64,000 nt of DNA from Prochlorococcus sp. AG-402-N23 (lineage in GTDB: Bacteria; Cyanobacteriota; Cyanobacteriia; PCC-6307; Cyanobiaceae): NCBI GenBank assembly GCA_003216355.1, contig QCIX01000005.1, positions 759-64,758 on the forward strand. Direction: 5' to 3'. Both the position numbers and the translations under genes were made by a program. The notes under the pieces were generated by a model. That model saw only the letters and a program-made list of their open reading frames with translations, searched no databases and was not told the DNA's origin. Within the stretch, counting starts at the first letter, position 1. The number at the start of each line of letters is the position of its first letter. Below, one piece after another: positions 39,341 through 48,444 of this stretch.

Positions 39341-39724
39341 ATGATAAATAAAAAGGATCAAAGCGATCCAATTGATAATTTAGAGTATGAAAAAGTTCTA
39401 GAAGAAGAAATAATTAATTCGTACGAAGGTAAATTTCAGAACGATACTAAAGAAGAAAGTAAAAAGATTAAATTTTATAGACTTAAAAGAACTCCATTAG
39501 AAATAGTAAATAGGACGTTTTTCTTTTTCTTTATTGGAAGTTTTCTTTTCTCTTTGTTTTTAGCTTATTCAGAAAGTAAGTTGTGGTTCATACTTTATGT
39601 AATAAGTGCATTGTCATGTGTTTTTTATACTCCTAATAGAAAAGCACTTAAAGAATTAATAGCAGCTTGGCCAAATATAGAGGATCTCATCAAAGGTAGG
39701 AGTATGTGGAGAAAAGGCAAGTAA
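39341..39724 (+). CDS. conserved two-TM hypothetical protein
   Basis: RLKRTPLE...YTPNRKALKELIAAWPN. Confidence 0.7.
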   Translation: MINKKDQSDPIDNLEYEKVLEEEIINSYEGKFQNDTKEESKKIKFYRLKRTPLEIVNRTFFFFFIGSFLFSLFLAYSESKLWFILYVISALSCVFYTPNRKALKELIAAWPNIEDLIKGRSMWRKGK

Positions 39725-40034
39725 ATAGATTATGAAACCGTTAAGTTTATTTAAAAAATGGTTATTAAATATCCTTGTGCCATTCATAGAGGGTACCAAC
39801 AAGAAAAAAGAGGATAAAAAATGAGTTTAATAAAGGTTGGAATTATTGTTGAAATTTTTTTGTTTGTGGGAGTTTTTTTATGGGTTAGGAAACTAAATAG
39901 TAAACAAAGTAGGCAACCATCTCTATCAAAAAAAATAATAAAAAATCTTAAATTTTAGAATTTTGATCACAAAATAAGGAATCTTTATAAAGAGATCAAA
40001 TTTATGGGAAAATTCTTTACTTTTTCCTCTCACT

Positions 40035-40433
40035 TTGTGTATGAAATCGGTTAGAACATCTACATCGTTCTTAAAAAATATGGTTTCTTCCATCCAAGGT
40101 CTTGCTCCAATAACTAATCCATTAAATAGTGTCTTAGTAGAAAAGAAACTAATAAATGTTGACCAAAAGTTTATTCAACTTGTTTCTCTGGCAGAAGGTT
40201 TACCTCGTACAGAAGTTATTGAAAGTGGTAGAAATTATTGGAGAGGTGTTTGTAGGAGCTTGTTTTTTAGATTTCCAGATGACCTTGAAATTTTAAAGCT
40301 TGACGTAAGAAGTTATGTAGATAGATCAAAAGGAATTATTCAGATAAGATCAGCAGCGAGATTAGGGCAATCAGATTTAGGCGTTAATCTAAGAAGAGTG
40401 GAATACTTGTTTAATCAATTAGAAAAATTTTAA
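40035..40433 (+). CDS. DUF1499-family protein
   Basis: SLFFRFPDDLE, IRSAARLGQSDLGVNLRRV. Confidence 0.85.
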   Translation: MCMKSVRTSTSFLKNMVSSIQGLAPITNPLNSVLVEKKLINVDQKFIQLVSLAEGLPRTEVIESGRNYWRGVCRSLFFRFPDDLEILKLDVRSYVDRSKGIIQIRSAARLGQSDLGVNLRRVEYLFNQLEKF

Positions 40434-40510
40434 TTAATCTATTTTTTATAAATTTAAGGTTCTTTTTACTAAATAGGTGTGCTTTAATTCATAAGAATAT
40501 TTGAAATGCC

Positions 40511-40642
40511 ATGGTAAAGATAATCTTAATTGGAATTATTGTCGCGCTTGTATATTCTCAACCTGACCTTCGTCTTACAGTCGCTGATTGGTTAAAAGCA
40601 GCTTCTGATTTTCTTATTGAATCAGTACAAGTAAAACCTTGA
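40511..40642 (+). CDS. 43-aa membrane-anchored microprotein
   Basis: MVKIILIGIIVALVYSQPDLRLTVADWLKAASDFLIESVQVKP. Confidence 0.5.
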   Translation: MVKIILIGIIVALVYSQPDLRLTVADWLKAASDFLIESVQVKP

Positions 40643-40825
40643 ATTAATTTTTAATGAAGCATTAAAAAATAGCTGAGACAGTAATAATTTGATTAATGCA
40701 TACAGCTACGAAAATAAATATTATTATCCTGCTTAAAATGTATTTCACCTAAACAAATAAATAGTTTTAGGAACATAATAGAAAATTTTTTTGAAATTTT
40801 TGAATAGTTAACGATAATAAGGGAT

Positions 40826-41881
40826 ATGAAGCTTAGATTATTTGAGTTCTATTTTATTAAAGACTATTTAAGGCCTTGGTTTGGTCTTATTTATTCTTTA
40901 TTCTTTCTGTTTTTTTTAGGTGCAATTGGCTATCGAATAACAGAGGGATGGGAATGGGGTGATTGCTTATGGATGGTTCTGATCACAATAACCACAATTG
41001 GTTTTGGAGAAGTTCAACCTTTAAGTCCTGAAGGTAGAATCGTTACTGTTTTAGTAATCGTTGGCGGATTAATCTTTATTCAATTTACCTTTCAAAAAGC
41101 TGTTAGATTATTCGAATCCGGCTATTTTCAAAGAGTAAACGAATTACGTTTTAAAAGACTTCTTAGAAAAATGGAAAATCATGTAATTTTGTGCGGATAT
41201 GGGAGGGTAGGTCAGGAAATATCTAACCAAATAAAAACGCAAAATATTCCAATTATTGTAGTTGAGAGCGATGAAGATAGAAAAAAGATTGCTGAAGAAA
41301 ATGGTTTAGAAGTGCTTTGTGCTGATGCGACTCTTGATGAGACTTTAAAACTGGCAGGATTAGAAAAATGTAAAAGTTTGGTAGTTACCTTACCTAATGA
41401 TGCTGCGAATTTATATGTAGTTTTAAGTGCTAAAGGTATAAGAAGTTCTATAAGAGTAATAGCAAGAGCTGGAACGGAAGAAGCTGCAAGTAAGTTGAGA
41501 TTAGCTGGGGCTAGTATAGTTGTTAGTCCTTATATTGCCGCTGGAAGAGCAATGGCATCAATGGCTCTAAGACCAATAGCCATTGACTTTCTAGATCTTC
41601 TCGCTGGAAGTGAATGCGAAATTGAAGAATTTGAATTAAGTAATGATATTAGTCTTTTTGAAACTGCAGAGAGAAGATCACTCTCGGAACTTGGGATAGG
41701 CAAAAAGAGCGGTGCAAAAATATTAGCCATTAAGGAAAATGAAAAGTTGTTCACTAATCCTGGGGGTAATTTCATACTTCAACCAGGTCAAGTATTAATA
41801 GCATTTGGTAGTAAAGAACAACTAAATATTTTGAACGGATTATTAGGAAATCTTGTCGTAGCAGTCGAACTATTAAAATAG
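40826..41881 (+). CDS. potassium channel with RCK (TrkA-N/C) domains
   Basis: TTIGFGE selectivity filter; CGYGRVG. Confidence 0.92.
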   Translation: MKLRLFEFYFIKDYLRPWFGLIYSLFFLFFLGAIGYRITEGWEWGDCLWMVLITITTIGFGEVQPLSPEGRIVTVLVIVGGLIFIQFTFQKAVRLFESGYFQRVNELRFKRLLRKMENHVILCGYGRVGQEISNQIKTQNIPIIVVESDEDRKKIAEENGLEVLCADATLDETLKLAGLEKCKSLVVTLPNDAANLYVVLSAKGIRSSIRVIARAGTEEAASKLRLAGASIVVSPYIAAGRAMASMALRPIAIDFLDLLAGSECEIEEFELSNDISLFETAERRSLSELGIGKKSGAKILAIKENEKLFTNPGGNFILQPGQVLIAFGSKEQLNILNGLLGNLVVAVELLK

Positions 41882-41911
41882 ATAGATCGAGATTCAGAAT
41901 TTATTGTTAAA

Positions 41912-42289
41912 TTGATTGTGGGTGAAATAAATCAAATGAAAATATTTAAATTTCTATTCGTAATTCCTGTAATAACTTTAATAATTATTTTTCAAACCTC
42001 TTTGCAAAATAGATATCTAATGGCTTCTGATATTAGAAATGGAGAAACAATTTTTATAAATGTTTGTGCAGGCTGCCATGTAAGAGGTGGATCAGTCATT
42101 CTTAAAGGATCCAAATCCTTAAAACTTTCCGACCTTGAAAAAAGAGGAATAGCAGATGTAAATTCAATAACAATAATTGCCAATGAAGGGATTGGTTTTA
42201 TGAAGGGTTATAAAAATAAATTGAAGGATGGAGAGGATAAGGTTCTTGCACAATGGATTATTCAAAATGCAGAAAAGGGTTGGGATTAA
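41912..42289 (+). CDS. class I cytochrome c (c6-like)
   Basis: signal peptide, CAGCH, G.G.M axial Met; likely start at MKIFK. Confidence 0.85.
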   Translation: MIVGEINQMKIFKFLFVIPVITLIIIFQTSLQNRYLMASDIRNGETIFINVCAGCHVRGGSVILKGSKSLKLSDLEKRGIADVNSITIIANEGIGFMKGYKNKLKDGEDKVLAQWIIQNAEKGWD

Positions 42290-42658
42290 ATGAAAAGCGT
42301 ACTGCTTGCATCGTTTTTATTTCTATTAGCTGAATTTTCTTTTGCTGAGGAATTAACTAATTACACAATTACATCTGATTTTCAAATAAATACTTTAGAA
42401 GGTGATTTAGAGGCTAAGGGAAATGTATTCATTAAGAGTAATAGTGGTAATTTTAAGGCTTATTCGGACAAGCTTTCTTTTGACAAGGATGATAAATCTC
42501 TAAAACTTATTGGTAATGTATATCTTAAAAATCTAGAGTCAGAGGGAATTTTAATTGAAGAAACATCTGGAGATGAGTTGACCATATTTACTGATACGGG
42601 AATTTTTGAATTCAAATCTCAAAATAAAAACAGAGTAAAAACAAAAATTAAATTCTAA
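42290..42658 (+). CDS. secreted LptA/OstA-like beta-jellyroll protein
   Basis: signal peptide; ITSD.Q, A.GNV.I, L.GNV. Confidence 0.65.
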   Translation: MKSVLLASFLFLLAEFSFAEELTNYTITSDFQINTLEGDLEAKGNVFIKSNSGNFKAYSDKLSFDKDDKSLKLIGNVYLKNLESEGILIEETSGDELTIFTDTGIFEFKSQNKNRVKTKIKF

Positions 42659-42826
42659 ATAAAGAGTTGATAATTAATTAAAAATTTTAATTTCTAGCTG
42701 AGCTCTTAATGCCGATATATACATAATAATTTTTTATATCAAAATAATTTGATTTATATATCTTTAAAATTTTAAATTACCTTTTGGCTGTAATTTATAT
42801 TTAACAGACTCATTTCTCATTACAAA

Positions 42827-43798
42827 GTGGGCATTTTAAAAAAATTCCTTATTTTCTCTTCTGCTATCTTTTTAGTTCTCTCTCAAGAAGCGATTGCTTC
42901 AAAAAGATTGAGCGGAGCTGGTGCATCATTTCCTTCGAAAATTTATACCAGGTGGTTTTTTGACTTAGCTAAATCTGGAGGCCCTAGAGTTAATTATCAA
43001 GCAGTAGGTTCTGGATCTGGAAGAAAAGCTTTCATATACGAAACTGTAAATTTTGCGGCATCAGATGATCCTATGAAAGAAGCTGATATAAAAAAAGTTA
43101 CTAGAGGACTTGTGCAAATACCGATGGTAGGTGGAACAATTGCGTTTGGATATAACTATGATTGCGACCTGAAACTAACACAAGAACAAGCTGTTCAAGT
43201 AGCAATGGGAATGATAAAAAATTGGAAGGAATTAGGATGTAAGTCAGGTAAATTAACTTGGGCGCATCGTTCCGACGGCTCAGGCACGACTAAAGCTTTT
43301 ACAAATTCTATGGAGGCTTTCTCTAAAACTTGGAATTTAGGTACTGGTAAATCTGTTAAATGGCCTTCGGGAGTTGGCGCTAAAGGCAATTCTGGTGTTG
43401 CAGGTGTTATTCAAAACACTCCAGGCGCAATTGGTTATGTAAACCAGTCATACATTAAAGGTAATGTTAAGGCTGCTGCACTTCAAAATCTTTCTGGTGA
43501 ATTCGTTACCCCTAATACTGAATCAGGCGCGATAGCTTTGAATGGAATAAATCTTGATGAAAACTTGGCTGGTAAAAATCCTAATCCTACTGCTAAAGGA
43601 GCTTATCCAATAGCAACTTTGACTTGGATACTTGCTTATGAAAAAGGTAACGGAAGAAATACTAAGGCAATTCAAGATACATTCTATAAATTACTCAGTG
43701 ATGAATATCAAGATAAGGCTTCATCCCTTGGATTTATCCCCTTAAAAGGGAATATCCTTTTAAAATCAAGAGCTGCCGTTGAAAAAATAGGTAGTTAA
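42827..43798 (+). CDS. pstS: phosphate ABC transporter substrate-binding protein
   Basis: GAGASFP, YQAVGSGSG, HRSDGSGTT, YPI. Confidence 0.96.
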   Translation: MGILKKFLIFSSAIFLVLSQEAIASKRLSGAGASFPSKIYTRWFFDLAKSGGPRVNYQAVGSGSGRKAFIYETVNFAASDDPMKEADIKKVTRGLVQIPMVGGTIAFGYNYDCDLKLTQEQAVQVAMGMIKNWKELGCKSGKLTWAHRSDGSGTTKAFTNSMEAFSKTWNLGTGKSVKWPSGVGAKGNSGVAGVIQNTPGAIGYVNQSYIKGNVKAAALQNLSGEFVTPNTESGAIALNGINLDENLAGKNPNPTAKGAYPIATLTWILAYEKGNGRNTKAIQDTFYKLLSDEYQDKASSLGFIPLKGNILLKSRAAVEKIGS

Positions 43799-43903
43799 AT
43801 TTTTTAATAGATGTCAAATTATCATGACTTTCATATACCTTTAAGTCCTCTTAAAGTCTTTTACAGCATTTAGTAGTAGATTTATAGAGATATTCTTTTT
43901 TTA

Positions 43904-44851
43904 ATGGAAGAGAAATTAACTCTTTTCAAGAATCGTAAAAGATTCGGTATCGAAAAAAATATAGATATTATCTTCAAGAATACTGCCCTAGTCTTGTCTA
44001 GTTTCGTGGCAATAATACTTTTAGGAATTATTTTAGTAGTCTTTTTTCAGTCATTCGAATCCTTTTCAAGGTATGGATTGAATTTTCTCGTAACCTCTGA
44101 ATGGAACCCAGTAAAAGATGAATACGGAGCTTTTACTGCAATTTATGGCACATTGGTAACTTCATTTCTTTCGTTACTAATAACTATCCCTTTGGGCGTT
44201 GGAACTGCAATATTTATTACCGAGGACTTTGTACCTAAAGTTGTTAGAGAAATAATAGGTTCATTTGTAGAATTATTAGCGGCTATTCCATCAGTTGTAT
44301 TGGGGCTTTGGGCAATATTTGTGATGGAACCTTTTTTTAGATCATTTTTTGTCTTTTTACATAATTTCTTTGGATGGTTACCATTGTTTAGTACAGAACC
44401 CACAGGGAGGAATTCCTTTTTAGCAATATTAATTTTAGTAGTAATGCTTTTGCCTATAGTGACCTCCATTGCAAGGGATACACTTAATCAGGTTCCTAAA
44501 AAGTTAAGAAACGCAGCCTATGGAATTGGAGCAAGTAGATGGAAAACTATATTTTCAGTAATTTTGCCGGCAGCATTATCAGGAATTATGGCAGGTGTTC
44601 TGTTGGCTTTAGGCAGGGCAATGGGTGAAACCATGGCTGTCACAATGATTATTGGTAATTCCAATGCATTTAGTTGGTCTCTATTATCTCCTGGATATAC
44701 TATTTCCTCCATGCTTGCAAACCAGTTTGGTGAAGCTGATGGAAGTCAGGTTTCATCACTATTTTATGCGGCTTTTGTACTAATGATCCTATCTTTAGTG
44801 GTCAATATCTTCGCTCAATGGCTAGTTAAGAAATTTAGTCTCAAATATTAG
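43904..44851 (+). CDS. pstC: phosphate ABC permease
   Basis: LLAAIPSVVLG, LGRAMGETMAV, LANQFGEA. Confidence 0.96.
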   Translation: MEEKLTLFKNRKRFGIEKNIDIIFKNTALVLSSFVAIILLGIILVVFFQSFESFSRYGLNFLVTSEWNPVKDEYGAFTAIYGTLVTSFLSLLITIPLGVGTAIFITEDFVPKVVREIIGSFVELLAAIPSVVLGLWAIFVMEPFFRSFFVFLHNFFGWLPLFSTEPTGRNSFLAILILVVMLLPIVTSIARDTLNQVPKKLRNAAYGIGASRWKTIFSVILPAALSGIMAGVLLALGRAMGETMAVTMIIGNSNAFSWSLLSPGYTISSMLANQFGEADGSQVSSLFYAAFVLMILSLVVNIFAQWLVKKFSLKY

Positions 44852-44857
44852 ATAATT

Positions 44858-45751
44858 ATGAATTCACTTTATTTCCAGAGAAGATTATCAAGAAATATAG
44901 GAGATAAATTTTTTACTTCTTTATCAGTAATTTGCGCATTGATCGCAATACTCCCTTTGATTTTTCTGGTGACTTATATTCTCATCAAAGGTGGATCTCA
45001 AATCACACCAGAAATATTTACTTTAGAACCAAATCCACCTGGAGATGATTTAGATGCAGGAGGTATTAATCCTGCATTGATCGGGACATTAATAATAACT
45101 ACCATTGCTTCAATTATTGCGATACCAGTAGGTGTTGGCGGTGGTATATATCTAGCGGAATATTCTAAAGGCGGTGCTTTTTCAAGATTTATCAGATTCG
45201 GGGTAAATGTTTTAGCTGGAGTCCCTTCAATTATTGCCGGTGTATTTATTTATGCCTTAATTGTTTCAACTAAGATCTTATTTGGAAGTATGTACAGTGG
45301 CTTGGCAGGAGGTATGGCACTTTCAATATTGATGTTGCCTACTGTGATTAAGACCACTGACGAAGGTTTAAAGTTAGTTCCTAACGAATTAAGATATGCG
45401 TCTCTTGGTGTTGGAGCAAGTATGTATACAACTATATTGAAAATTACTTTGCCCTCTGCCTTTAGGTCTATTGCTACTGGCGTTGTACTTGGAATCGCAA
45501 GAGCTGCAGGAGAAACAGCACCTTTGATATTTACGGCTTTATTCTCTTACTACTACATAACAGGCTTTGGAGACTTGTTTTATGAGATGGGTTCTTTGGC
45601 TGTATTGATATATAACTTTGCTCTTGAACCTTATGATGCACAGAATAAATTAGCCTGGGCAGCTTCCTTTATTCTTGTTTTATCGATACTATCAGTAAAT
45701 ATATTTTCAAGGATTTTGGCCGCTTTTACAGAGAAAACTAAGAGAGTATAA
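44858..45751 (+). CDS. pstA: phosphate ABC permease
   Basis: GVPSII.G, ARAAGETAPLIFT. Confidence 0.96.
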   Translation: MNSLYFQRRLSRNIGDKFFTSLSVICALIAILPLIFLVTYILIKGGSQITPEIFTLEPNPPGDDLDAGGINPALIGTLIITTIASIIAIPVGVGGGIYLAEYSKGGAFSRFIRFGVNVLAGVPSIIAGVFIYALIVSTKILFGSMYSGLAGGMALSILMLPTVIKTTDEGLKLVPNELRYASLGVGASMYTTILKITLPSAFRSIATGVVLGIARAAGETAPLIFTALFSYYYITGFGDLFYEMGSLAVLIYNFALEPYDAQNKLAWAASFILVLSILSVNIFSRILAAFTEKTKRV

Positions 45752-46561
45752 ATGATTAAAACTAATAAAAAAATACCAAAGAATATCATTTTATCTCTTG
45801 AGAATGTTTCTATTAGCTATGGAACTTTTGAAGCAGTAAGAAATGTTTTTTGTAACTTTAAAAAAGGAAATATAACCTCCCTTATTGGCCCCTCCGGTTG
45901 TGGTAAATCAACTGTTCTTAGATCATTAAATAGGATGAACGATTTAATTCCTAATTGCTCAATAAAGGGGACTGTCCTTTTTGATGGAACTAATATTTAC
46001 GATAAAAGAGTAGATCCAGTTGAAGTGAGAAGAAGAATTGGAATGGTTTTTCAACAGCCTAATCCTTTTCCTAAATCTATTTACGAAAATATCGCATTTG
46101 GAGCAAGAATTAATGGCTTTACGGGAGATATGGATGAATTAGTAGAGAGTTCACTAAGAAAAGCTGCTTTATGGGATGAATGTAAGGATAAATTAAATGA
46201 TAGTGGTTACTCTTTATCTGGTGGGCAACAACAAAGATTATGTATCGCTAGAACTATCGCTATTGAGCCTGAAATAATTCTCATGGATGAGCCATGCTCA
46301 GCGTTAGATCCAATCTCTACTTTGAAAATAGAAGAGACGATGCACGAACTTAAGAAGAATTACACAATAATAATCGTTACCCATAATATGCAGCAGGCTT
46401 TAAGAGTTAGCGATATGACTGCATTTTTTAATGCAATTGAATATGAAGATGGTGATGGAGGAAAAGTTGGTTATCTTGCAGAATTTAATTCGACAAAGAA
46501 AATTTTTAACTCTCCCAAAGAAAAAACTACTCAGGAATACATATCTGGTAAATTTGGTTGA
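45752..46561 (+). CDS. pstB: phosphate ABC ATPase
   Basis: [44 protein letters not shown]. Confidence 0.97.
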   Translation: MIKTNKKIPKNIILSLENVSISYGTFEAVRNVFCNFKKGNITSLIGPSGCGKSTVLRSLNRMNDLIPNCSIKGTVLFDGTNIYDKRVDPVEVRRRIGMVFQQPNPFPKSIYENIAFGARINGFTGDMDELVESSLRKAALWDECKDKLNDSGYSLSGGQQQRLCIARTIAIEPEIILMDEPCSALDPISTLKIEETMHELKKNYTIIIVTHNMQQALRVSDMTAFFNAIEYEDGDGGKVGYLAEFNSTKKIFNSPKEKTTQEYISGKFG

Positions 46562-46954
46562 TGTTTAATTTTTACCTTTAAAAGGAATATTTTTACTTTC
46601 AATAAAGCTTAGGGGTAGACAAACAGTATAAATACCTATATAGTTATTTCGAATTAGTAGGTTTATCGTTGAAAAACTATCCTTTTCTACCTTTCTTGAT
46701 TTTTGCAGGGGCTCTCATAACAACTGCAACAATAGGATTGCCTGTATTTACTTCATAATTTAAAAGTATTTCTTTTGCAGGTAATCTTATGGTTTCAATA
46801 ATAAATAAAGAATTAATTGGAAGTCCTCATAAAACGTTAATAAAGGGAAATTTATTTGACTTTATAAAAAAAAGAGAGAATATGAATCTGTGTGGGAGTG
46901 AAAAATCTGTATTGAAACCAATTTTAAAATTGGTTAATTTCTAATTTATTTATC

Positions 46955-47101
46955 ATGGATAAAACTAAAGAACAGTTAGAAAAATTAAGAGAAGTAGCAG
47001 AAGCATCTCTCACAAAAACGGATGAACTTCAAAAAGTTCTTGCTCAAATCGAAGCTTTAATGTCTAGAGAAGAATCACAAACATTATCAAAGAAGAAGTA
47101 A
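46955..47101 (+). CDS. 48-aa coiled-coil microprotein
   Basis: MDKTKEQLEKLREVAEASLTKTDELQKVLAQIEALMSREESQTLSKKK; TTGACT promoter element upstream. Confidence 0.6.
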   Translation: MDKTKEQLEKLREVAEASLTKTDELQKVLAQIEALMSREESQTLSKKK

Positions 47102-47210
47102 TTAGTTAAAAAATAAATTTATGTTTTGTACTTTTAATTACACCTCTACAAATCCATTGTAGTTATTAATTGGTTATGCAGAACCCGTTCCAAAGTTTTC
47201 TGTTAGGTCT

Positions 47211-47252
47211 CGGGGTCTTACCTTCTTTAAGTAAAAGACCTCTTTAATTTGT
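47211..47252 (+). terminator. hairpin plus U-rich tail
   Basis: GGGGTCTTAC...GTAAAAGACCTC-TTTAATTT. Confidence 0.55.
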
Positions 47253-47284
47253 TTGTTTTTATTATATTTTTATAACCTGCTTAT

Positions 47285-47587
47285 TTAGTTGATTACTTTA
47301 TAGATTTCTTTCAAGCAGACATTTACATCGAAAGATTCAGTATTTACAACCTCTAATCCTGTTTTTTCTGTAACTTCAACAGTTGCATTGCATTCGTCTT
47401 GTTTAAGTGCCATGTAACTTGGCTTTATGTCTTCTATATCTAATTCAACACTTGATTCAGTATCTTCCTTATATTGTTCCATTACTAATGTAAGTGCCTC
47501 TATCTCAACGGAAAAATCATCATTTGCTTTTGCCCCAAATGGAATAACAAGAAATGGAAATAAAATCAAGGCTATTAATTTTTTCAT
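47285..47587 (-). CDS. secreted acidic hypothetical protein
   Basis: signal peptide MKKLIALILFPFLVIPFGAKA; Cys pair. Confidence 0.65.
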   Translation of the reverse strand: MKKLIALILFPFLVIPFGAKANDDFSVEIEALTLVMEQYKEDTESSVELDIEDIKPSYMALKQDECNATVEVTEKTGLEVVNTESFDVNVCLKEIYKVIN

Positions 47588-47793
47588 TTCTATAAAATGT
47601 GTTTATTTTTTTTATAACGTGGATTGTCTGCTAAGGAAAGGGTCATTAGCTGTATGAATTTTTTATTATCTATTTTTACGAGTAAAAAATAGATTAATAG
47701 GAATAAATTAATTGATAAAAAAACTAAATGAGACTTTTAAGTATAAATTGGTATATCTAAATGAAAAATTTGAGTCACTTCAATAGGATTTTC

Positions 47794-48444
47794 TTAAGAT
47801 TTTATTTCGATAATTTCTTCATCAGAAACAATTGCCCATTTTTTAAATGACTTTTTGCAGGGATATCCTCCTGTTAAGTCTCCAAATGCAGGTAAAAATA
47901 AAGTATTTTTATTCTTATCCATTGCAAAGCACCTAAATGATAATTTATCTCCATTGTTTTTTATATAGATTTTTGGATGATAATGCCCACAAATATTCAA
48001 GGTTTTTTTGTTTTCTAAATTAACTGGCTCATGGCTAAAAGTAATATTTTTAGATTTTCTAATGTCAAAAATTTTTATATTTTTAATATTACAACCTACA
48101 TCATGATTCCCGAGGATGAGTTCAACATTAGTTTTTAGTAGCTCAGGAAGATCCTCAACTTTTTTTTGAAGAACTTTATCTATTGAATATTTGCTGTGGA
48201 ATAAATCTCCCAATATTATTAACTTTTTAGGACTATATCTTTTTACTATTTTTTTTATTCTTGCGAAATTATTTTTATCTGAATTATTAGTAAGAGGTAT
48301 ACCATTTTGCTGAAAATACTCAGCTTTCCCAAGATGAATATCGCATATTAATAATTCTTTTGTTTCCGGTATAAATAAAGCTCTTGAAGGAAGCATCTCT
48401 AACAATGTATTTTCCCAGATAAATTTAAAAGAACTTTTTTTCAT
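47794..48444 (-). CDS. pdeM: ligase-associated DNA damage response metallophosphoesterase/endonuclease
   Basis: DIHLGK, LGDLFH, GNHD, HEP, GHYHP, LPAFG..TGG; operon context. Confidence 0.9.
   Translation of the reverse strand: MKKSSFKFIWENTLLEMLPSRALFIPETKELLICDIHLGKAEYFQQNGIPLTNNSDKNNFARIKKIVKRYSPKKLIILGDLFHSKYSIDKVLQKKVEDLPELLKTNVELILGNHDVGCNIKNIKIFDIRKSKNITFSHEPVNLENKKTLNICGHYHPKIYIKNNGDKLSFRCFAMDKNKNTLFLPAFGDLTGGYPCKKSFKKWAIVSDEEIIEIKS

Noticed and set aside
43838-43870. Relic Pho box before pstC (TTTAAGTC/TTAAAGTC, 11 bp apart)
   Set aside because: Poor match to the cyanobacterial consensus in AT-rich DNA; not distinguishable from chance
47170-47215. Second glutamine riboswitch (TGGAACGGG on the minus strand)
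   Set aside because: No upstream CGTTC partner and no DUF4278 ORF; wobble pairs favour the plus strand
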